DNA from: a virus
DNA length: 18,673 nucleotides
IMG/VR virus record: IMGVR_UViG_3300045988_025756
Location: 1 to 18,673 of that record
Reading direction: 5' to 3' (one strand)
Each line of letters starts with the position of its first letter. Positions within the stretch are counted from its first letter, which is position 1. The notes under the pieces were generated by a model. That model did no database searches, was not told where the DNA came from, and saw only the letters and a program-made list of their open reading frames with translations. Below, piece by piece: positions 13,314-18,673 of the stretch. The translations under genes and the position numbers were made by a program.

Positions 13314-14774
13314 TCATAGCACAAAAACATGGCCGTCATCATTGAGATGACGGGACCCCGGCAGAAACTCATCATAGGGGATGGGGGCGGCACGATGCAC
13401 GCCACTCAAACGCATTACCGTGTCACCATTCGTTTCCACGCCGCAATATTTACGATTGCCGAGAATGCGGAGCCTCTCATAGGTATGGTCGTTTTTCCAC
13501 GCCCCAAGCTTCCGGTTATCCGTTTCCACACCTTCGGGCGCGTCCAACCCTTCCAATATCATGCCGTCGGTGTCGGCGTAGAGTACGCGGTCGGCGTTTG
13601 CGTTCATCGCGCGGGATAGTGTTTGACGCCCGTAGGCGTTGACATAGGCGGCGGTCGGAAGCCACGCCAGACTGTTGGCCGACTCGGGCTTGTCCACGGT
13701 AAAATCCACACCCCCGTCCGCCGATGGTTTCGGGTGCAGCATTGGCCGGTACAGCGAGGCCCCGAATTTTCCTACCAACGAGTTCAGTAACAGTTTCGCT
13801 ATTTGCCGACGCTCTCCGGTTGCGGTTTGTTTTACGCAAAACCATTTATCGACATAGTTGTAATAAAGTCCGTGCGATTTACGGAATTTCCAACCGCCGA
13901 CATGCTCCCACACATGGATGTCATAGTTTTCGGTCAGCGTTTCCCAATCCACATCCGTGACTGGCATAGTTACGACGCCTAACGTACTGTCCAAGCGTTC
14001 GCCCTCATACCCCCATACGGGTAGGATGTTGGTGAGCGTCGCTGTTTTCCCCTTTTTCAATCTTGCATCAAACGCAATGATATCGATATGCAGTGGATAA
14101 TCATTGTCATGTCGATATTCGCCGTCATACCATATGGGTGAGTCTACCGGCATGGGTGTATCGCGCATGATACTCGGGTAGAGGCTATTTACGTCCCAGC
14201 TCCGGCAATCCCGGTATTCGCCCGGCTTGCTGTGTACTATCGCCCCATAGTAGGCGGGGCGCATCCGATGATAATCGTTCTTGTCCAATGGTGGGAAATG
14301 GCGTTTGAATCCGGCGTAATCCCCGTCGATATAGTCGGTCATCGCCATGGATGCTATCGTAGTGCCCTTGAAATTCAGGGCGGCGCATTCCTGTGCGATG
14401 TTCCACGTGGTTTCCAAATCGTCCGCACCGCCGAATGTTTCACGTGAAACATTCAGCCCATCGTCACGCGTGACATTGCGCACGTCCATAAAATCCACGG
14501 TGATGCCGCCCATGCGCACGCGGAAACTGTAAAAATGGCCACGAATATTAAAAGTGCCCCATATGCCATTCTTGGCCGGATTGGATTGTAATGGGAGTCG
14601 TTTCAATAGTTCGGCGGCTATAGGCTTGATGTCCTGCCATCCGTGGGCGCACCATACGCGCGTATGATAATCGAGCATGGTGAGGCGGATGATGGCGGTT
14701 GCCGTCAATGGTTCCATACCGTCATCCGTCAATAGTGTTGCGCCGTCTGTTGCCGCCGTTCGACGCTCTCTCAT
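13314..14774 (-). CDS. Protein-primed family B DNA polymerase (phi29 gp2-like), compact 486 aa
   Basis: Motif A: WDVNSLYPSIM. YPLHIDIIAFDARLKKG matches phi29 YPLHIQHIRCEFELKEG (TPR1 region). Motif B: QIAKLLLNSLVGKFG. A TPR2-length insertion is present. Motif C: VLYADTDGM. A KxY-like motif (NRKY) and a YxG(G/A) motif (YYGA) are also present. Confidence 0.95.
   Translation of the reverse strand: MRERRTAATDGATLLTDDGMEPLTATAIIRLTMLDYHTRVWCAHGWQDIKPIAAELLKRLPLQSNPAKNGIWGTFNIRGHFYSFRVRMGGITVDFMDVRNVTRDDGLNVSRETFGGADDLETTWNIAQECAALNFKGTTIASMAMTDYIDGDYAGFKRHFPPLDKNDYHRMRPAYYGAIVHSKPGEYRDCRSWDVNSLYPSIMRDTPMPVDSPIWYDGEYRHDNDYPLHIDIIAFDARLKKGKTATLTNILPVWGYEGERLDSTLGVVTMPVTDVDWETLTENYDIHVWEHVGGWKFRKSHGLYYNYVDKWFCVKQTATGERRQIAKLLLNSLVGKFGASLYRPMLHPKPSADGGVDFTVDKPESANSLAWLPTAAYVNAYGRQTLSRAMNANADRVLYADTDGMILEGLDAPEGVETDNRKLGAWKNDHTYERLRILGNRKYCGVETNGDTVMRLSGVHRAAPIPYDEFLPGSRHLNDDGHVFVL
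14436..14451. promoter_or_regulatory. parS: parS site, perfect consensus, embedded in the DNA polymerase ORF
   Basis: TGTTTCACGTGAAACA. It extends to the 22-bp palindrome GAATGTTTCACGTGAAACATTC (14433-14454) and encodes NVSRETF of the polymerase. Confidence 0.8.
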
Positions 14775-14786
14775 GATTCCATCCTT

Positions 14787-15731
14787 TTAGTGTCGTGTCG
14801 CGCTGGTCATCCATTCATCAAGTCGCGTCTCCACGTCGCCCGCATCCGCTTTTACCTCCCATTTATGTGTCTTATCATTATACCATGCGGCTTCTCGTAC
14901 CACGATGCTGAAATTCGTGTTGTTTATCAGCCATCGTTTTTGACGGTTCGACAAGGAGGCGAATTTTTGGGCTATGCTAGAATCGAATGCCTCAAGCTGC
15001 TGTGAGACCCTATCAAAATCCGCAACCCCCTCGTTCTCGGAAATTTTTCTAGTACCTGCATGCAATGGCGCTCGGCCTATAAGCCCAGCGTATTCGAGTA
15101 TCTCTCGTTCAAGTCTCCGCCGGCTCCCTTCTCGTATCATCACACGCGCGTGGCTTATTCCACGCTCCGAACCGAACACGTTCGCACGGTTGCGTGTGAG
15201 TTCGTCTCGCGCCGAACCGCCGACCGTGTGAGTGCCCAACACGTCAAACGGCGACTCTCCCGCACGTTCCATCTCACGCATTTCAGCCACGGTGTAGCGG
15301 GCCATACTCAACGCCTCGAATTGTTGGGCGCGTTTGATTTTCTGCCGTGCTTCGATACGGCGGCGTTGTTGCTGTCGTAATGTTTTCCGACGTTTTGACG
15401 GGGCGGCGGCGATTTCCGCATCGGTAATCGGCGGGCGCGCCGCCAGCACCCTATCAAGTTTCGTGATATGCACGTCGGGAACGACTTGATACGGTTCATT
15501 GTCACGCGCCCTTAAGGCTTGCTGCTGCTCCCCGAATTCATGCCCAATGCGGCGTGCGACCTGTTCGAGCTGCTGGGCGCTGAGTTTGCCTAGGAATGTT
15601 TCGGTGATTTGTTTTGGGAGGCGTCCGTTACTGTAATCCCTTACCGCTCGTTCTTGACGTACCTGTGCAGACCTGATGGCGGCGTTACGTTTCAGATTGT
15701 TGGCGCGTCGGTTGTTTTTACGTTTAGCCAC
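14787..15731 (-). CDS. Candidate terminal protein (replication primer)
   Basis: The gene lies immediately upstream of the protein-primed polymerase, as phi29 gene 3 precedes gene 2. The protein is 314 aa with a strongly basic N-terminus (MAKRKNNRRANNLKRN). It uses a GTG start with a strong SD (AGAGGAGGGG). I recognise no sequence family, so the call rests on position only. Confidence 0.55.
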   Translation of the reverse strand: MAKRKNNRRANNLKRNAAIRSAQVRQERAVRDYSNGRLPKQITETFLGKLSAQQLEQVARRIGHEFGEQQQALRARDNEPYQVVPDVHITKLDRVLAARPPITDAEIAAAPSKRRKTLRQQQRRRIEARQKIKRAQQFEALSMARYTVAEMREMERAGESPFDVLGTHTVGGSARDELTRNRANVFGSERGISHARVMIREGSRRRLEREILEYAGLIGRAPLHAGTRKISENEGVADFDRVSQQLEAFDSSIAQKFASLSNRQKRWLINNTNFSIVVREAAWYNDKTHKWEVKADAGDVETRLDEWMTSATRH

Positions 15732-15756
15732 GGCCCCTCCTCTTATAAGTGTAAAA

Positions 15757-15795
15757 CACCCCCCCCGCCGTAAGGATGGAAACGACGGGGGGGTG
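15757..15795 (-). terminator. Intrinsic terminator after the SSB-like gene
   Basis: An imperfect GC stem of ~12 bp formed by a C8 run pairing with a G7 run. On the minus strand it is followed by TGTTTTACA. Confidence 0.6.
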
Positions 15796-15857
15796 AGTCT
15801 GGCGGCAACATCCCTATAGGGACATTACCACGCTATCATATGATGTGGACAAAGAGG

Positions 15858-16295
15858 CTACCCACGGTCTTTTTCCGACACTAGTTCGAGGTCAAAGAAT
15901 TTAAATCCACGGCGACTCCTCTTTTCCACAACCTTGAGAACAATCGGATGGCTCCACTTGTCCGGCGTGCCGAAAATGGCGAACAGATTGCCAAAAGCGT
16001 GCGCCAACGTGGGGGAGGCGGCGGCAAAGTCGCCCTCCTCCGCATGAATAACGACGCGGGTAGAAGGGTTGATTTCGCCCGTTTCCTGATTGGTAACCTC
16101 TATGGCCTGCGCCAGCACGTTGGTCACGTGCAATGGCTCATTGAGACGCTCGTCCACCTTGTCGGCGGTCTGCATGGCGTTGTACAGCGCCATTTTACCG
16201 TCCATAGTGGTGGTGTCGAAGAAGTGTGACACGGCGTTGGTACCGTTCGCCGCAAAATTATTGCCGTTTGTTACGGTCAGTTCGTTGTCAGCCAT
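15858..16295 (-). CDS. Putative single-stranded DNA-binding protein (lactococcal-phage SSB-like family)
   Basis: The pattern MALYNAMQ...RLNE...V.NV......V.N.ETGE......RVVIH.EEG.....S......FGNLFAIFGTPDKW resembles the phage SSB family, from memory. The gene lies in the replication module. Confidence 0.5.
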   Translation of the reverse strand: MADNELTVTNGNNFAANGTNAVSHFFDTTTMDGKMALYNAMQTADKVDERLNEPLHVTNVLAQAIEVTNQETGEINPSTRVVIHAEEGDFAAASPTLAHAFGNLFAIFGTPDKWSHPIVLKVVEKRSRRGFKFFDLELVSEKDRG

Positions 16296-16325
16296 GATTA
16301 TTGTTGCCTTCCTTATAATGGTTTA

Positions 16326-16640
16326 TTAATTATTTTCCTCGGAGATGATATCATCTTCAACCACGTTGCCGTTCATCGACCCCGGATACTCGATGATGGT
16401 ATCATCTCCAAATTCACAATTAGCCCAATAGATTGCCTCATCCATGCGCGTTACCTGCGCATGATATTCAGCGGACATGGGCAACATGTCCTTGTTGATC
16501 TTGCGGGCTTTTTTCATTGCCATGTCAGCCGTGCGACACGCGCCGTCCACGACCACCTCGGCGTCCACGAGTTCCCCGTTTTCGCCGCGCGTAACACCGC
16601 TCACAATACTATAGTGCTTGGCTCGCTTAATATATGCCAT
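16326..16640 (-). CDS. Hypothetical early protein with an acidic C-terminal tail
   Basis: The ORF lies in the early operon. The SD AGAGG lies 7 nt before ATG 16640 (the track start at 16646 is also possible). The C-terminus is VVEDDIISEENN. I recognise no family. Confidence 0.6.
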   Translation of the reverse strand: MAYIKRAKHYSIVSGVTRGENGELVDAEVVVDGACRTADMAMKKARKINKDMLPMSAEYHAQVTRMDEAIYWANCEFGDDTIIEYPGSMNGNVVEDDIISEENN

Positions 16641-16658
16641 AATCATACCTCTTTCTTC

Positions 16659-17174
16659 TTAGTGTTGCTGCTGCTGTGACATTCTTGCGATGTCTTCATC
16701 AGTATATCGAACCTCGGTCAGGTTGTCAAAACAGAGAGACGCAATTTTGATGATGGTCTGAGCAAACTCATCACCCTCCCAAGTCTTGCACATCTCGTAG
16801 CAAGTCGCGCCCTTGACATGACAGACCGCGCACCACGCCACCATCGCCGGACAATAAACAAGCCCGGACAACATTTCAATGTCCTGCGTTCGTGATAATG
16901 CGGCGTACATTGATGAATGAGGCGAGATGCTTAGACAAATGTTCGCCGCGTGTTCGATACTGTCGGCAAACGCCACTTGACCGCCTTGGGGTTTATAAAA
17001 GTCCTTGAGTAGTGCTATACTACGACACAATGCCTCCCAATCGCCATCACCTTTATTATATTCCCGCAAGTGCAGGTTACGCCGACGGCCACGAATGACA
17101 CGGCGCACACGGTCATCATCCAAAATACCGTCATCAAACCAATTCGTGCGGTCATCATTACTCTTCATTTTCAA
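16659..17174 (-). CDS. Hypothetical early protein (Cys-rich segment)
   Basis: GGAGGTGAAGG lies ~10 nt before the ATG. A cluster CPAMVAWCAVCHVKGATCYEMC is present. I recognise no family. Confidence 0.6.
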   Translation of the reverse strand: MKMKSNDDRTNWFDDGILDDDRVRRVIRGRRRNLHLREYNKGDGDWEALCRSIALLKDFYKPQGGQVAFADSIEHAANICLSISPHSSMYAALSRTQDIEMLSGLVYCPAMVAWCAVCHVKGATCYEMCKTWEGDEFAQTIIKIASLCFDNLTEVRYTDEDIARMSQQQQH

Positions 17175-17237
17175 TATCCTTCACCTCCATAGTCACAGTA
17201 GGACAACCTTTTAACAAACACTTCGCATTACATATCA

Positions 17238-17489
17238 CTAACGCCTTTCAATCAACAAAGTATTAGCCAACGCCATCGCGTCAACCAGCATATGAGCCAC
17301 CTGCGCATAATCGCACGCATCAAACGCCACAGCCGACCAAATCAAACTACGCCTGCCACCAGACTGAGACCGCCTCGATACCGCATACCGCAGTTCATAC
17401 ATCCGATTATGAGGACAATACACCAAACACACATCACCGTCCTTAAACCCGGACGGAAACACGGACACAACCTCATCACTCACCATCAT
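17238..17489 (-). CDS. Hypothetical small early protein
   Basis: The start MMVSDEVV is preceded by GGGGGGTG and overlaps the stop of the upstream gene. I judge the track N-terminal extension to be non-coding. Confidence 0.55.
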   Translation of the reverse strand: MMVSDEVVSVFPSGFKDGDVCLVYCPHNRMYELRYAVSRRSQSGGRRSLIWSAVAFDACDYAQVAHMLVDAMALANTLLIERR

Positions 17490-17736
17490 CAAACACCCCC
17501 CCAAACGACAAACGCACCTTGACAATACCATTCAAAAAACCCGTTCTTGGGTCAAACGAGGAATGCTTAAAACCAGCATACACATCAAACCCGGTAAACA
17601 CATCGCGAACAACGTCAAGCACGCCATCCAACGCCTTATTAAACGTATCCGCCGGATACGGGCCATACACACCCACATACTCAGACGTGAGCTCATATAC
17701 CGTAAAATCATCAGGCGTAACAGTAAAACACCACAT
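17476..17736 (-). CDS. Hypothetical small early protein
   Basis: ATG 17736 (MWCFTV...) lies downstream of GGAAGGTGG. The N-terminus resembles that of the upstream gene (MWHYFTV...). Confidence 0.55.
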   Translation of the reverse strand: MWCFTVTPDDFTVYELTSEYVGVYGPYPADTFNKALDGVLDVVRDVFTGFDVYAGFKHSSFDPRTGFLNGIVKVRLSFGGVFDDGE

Positions 17737-17741
17737 ATTAA

Positions 17742-17987
17742 TCACACCCACCTTCCCCCATAAGTCCTATAAAATTCCTTAAAATCAAAATTACGATAAT
17801 ACTCAAAACCATCATCCAAGTCAACAAAAGACCTCATCGGAATCCAACGGCCACACATCCCATCATACATTTGAAACTGATAATCAACCCCACAGTAACC
17901 GCAAGTCGCCTCACGCCACCGAAAACGACGGTCTAAACCCGTGTACGTGTCAACAACAGTAAAATAATGCCACATATCAACCGTCAT
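17742..17987 (-). CDS. Hypothetical small early protein
   Basis: GGAAGG abuts ATG 17987. An alternative ATG at 17975 gives MWHYFTV. The protein is rich in aromatic and Cys residues. Confidence 0.55.
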   Translation of the reverse strand: MTVDMWHYFTVVDTYTGLDRRFRWREATCGYCGVDYQFQMYDGMCGRWIPMRSFVDLDDGFEYYRNFDFKEFYRTYGGRWV

Positions 17988-18063
17988 CCTTCCATGTTCC
18001 TCGGCTGATACTCACATTTGCCATCACAGTAATAACGCGGTACAGCGAACACCTGAACAAGTT

Positions 18064-18321
18064 TCATGCCCATCTCATCATCACCGTTTCCTCACCATAA
18101 AAACGCTCAGGATTCTCAGAAACAAACCTCACGAGGCGATAAATAAAGCCCACCATATTATCCATAGCCGAACAAACCTCACCAGAACAAGAATCATACG
18201 TTTCAGTGAAGAATTTTACAACCACAAACCTCTTTAGACGATAGCGCAAGATAAGAACCTCTTTCCCGTCCAAATCACCAGTCTCAAAACAAACAGAAAT
18301 ACCAGTCATCTCAACCACCAT
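18064..18321 (-). CDS. Hypothetical small protein (right-end, first early gene)
   Basis: The start ATGGTGGTTGAGATG mirrors the left-end gene start. GGAAAGG lies upstream, and an alternative ATG lies at 18309. The rest of the protein is unrelated to the left-end protein. Confidence 0.55.
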   Translation of the reverse strand: MVVEMTGISVCFETGDLDGKEVLILRYRLKRFVVVKFFTETYDSCSGEVCSAMDNMVGFIYRLVRFVSENPERFYGEETVMMRWA

Positions 18322-18454
18322 CCTTTCCGCATTCCTTGGTTGATACTTATATAATACCACACCACAAAAACACAACACGCCGAACAACACAAAAAACTAT
18401 AAAAAAACTACGCGCTTAAAATATAGACAAAACCACACGCTTAAAACCTGAAAC
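18307..18454. repeat. Imperfect inward extension of the right ITR (promoter, leader and first 5 codons)
   Basis: Mirror image of 220-336 with indels (see left copy). Confidence 0.85.
18346..18395 (-). promoter_or_regulatory. Candidate right-end early promoter (extended -10 type)
   Basis: On the minus strand, TGgTATTAT occupies plus-strand coordinates 18351-18359, within the conserved mirror block shared with 258-300. Confidence 0.5.
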
Positions 18455-18673
18455 AAAACAACACGCAGAATCAACAACAGAAAAGAGGCAGGCAAAACAG
18501 AAGACAACAGAAACGATAACAGATGGCAGAACAAGAACGGCAATAAAAAACACAAGACAAAACGCAAGAGCAAGACACAGAACAGAACGGTTGTGGAAAA
18601 AGGATAGCTGCTGGGGGCCCTCCCCTATCTATACAAACATCGTAAAAATTATCTTTAAGCTCAATAACCAAAG
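18455..18673. repeat. Right inverted terminal repeat (perfect part)
   Basis: Exact reverse complement of 1-219. Confidence 0.97.

Larger units (their letters stand above)
1..18673. mobile_element. Apparently complete linear genome of a small phi29-like, protein-primed podophage (ITR to ITR)
   Basis: A perfect 219-bp inverted repeat lies at both window ends. The genes follow phi29 order: candidate TP, protein-primed PolB, scaffold, gp8-like capsid, gp9-like knob, gp10-like portal, collar, appendages, tail lysin, gp16-like ATPase, holin and endolysin. No lysogeny genes were recognised. Confidence 0.85.

Noticed and set aside
15811-15822. 12-bp palindrome TCCCTATAGGGA between the SSB-like and TP genes as an operator
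   Set aside because: It is a single short palindrome with no second copy and no clear promoter nearby, so it could easily be chance.
6120-16220. Spo0A-box-like heptamers TGTCGAA/TTCGACA (6120, 11871, 14947, 16214), considered because phi29 couples parS sites with Spo0A repression
   Set aside because: All four lie inside coding regions and away from the candidate early promoters. Roughly nine TGNCGAA matches are expected by chance on both strands of 18.7 kb, so there is no enrichment.

Overview
The window starts and ends with a perfect 219-bp inverted terminal repeat (1-219 is the reverse complement of 18455-18673). It therefore looks like a complete ~18.7-kb linear genome of a small phi29-like, protein-primed podophage on a fairly GC-rich backbone. 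I support 23 CDS, 22 of them on the minus strand. From right to left they are: four small early genes; two further early proteins; an SSB-like protein; a candidate terminal protein; a protein-primed family B DNA polymerase; an acidic scaffold; a gp8-like capsid with Big_2 domains; a gp9-like tail knob; a gp10-like portal; a lower collar; a tail protein; two paralogous fibres; a CHAP plus tail-lysozyme lysin; a gp16-like packaging ATPase; a holin; an Amidase_2 endolysin; and a membrane protein. One small gene at the left end reads inward on the plus strand, and a bidirectional terminator separates it from the minus-strand genes. I saw no integrase, repressor, tRNA or CRISPR array. The most unusual signal is three canonical 16-bp ParB/Spo0J centromere sites (parS, TGTTNCACGTGAAACA) at 4641, 10760 and 14436, with no phage-encoded ParA or ParB. 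This suggests the phage hijacks the host partition system. Other notable points: (1) a third, internal direct copy of the terminal 55 bp sits inside the left-end gene; (2) an extended, decaying ITR places mirror-image promoters, leaders and first codons at both ends; (3) the ITR contains an almost A-free iterated T/G tract; (4) the DNA polymerase is compact and its 3'-5' exonuclease motifs look degenerate; (5) a Big_2 domain relic and tandem hairpins occupy the position of the phi29 head-fibre gene; (6) two genes without Shine-Dalgarno sequences have -10 boxes abutting the ATG. All homology statements come from by-eye motif recognition and need confirmation by HMM or structure searches.
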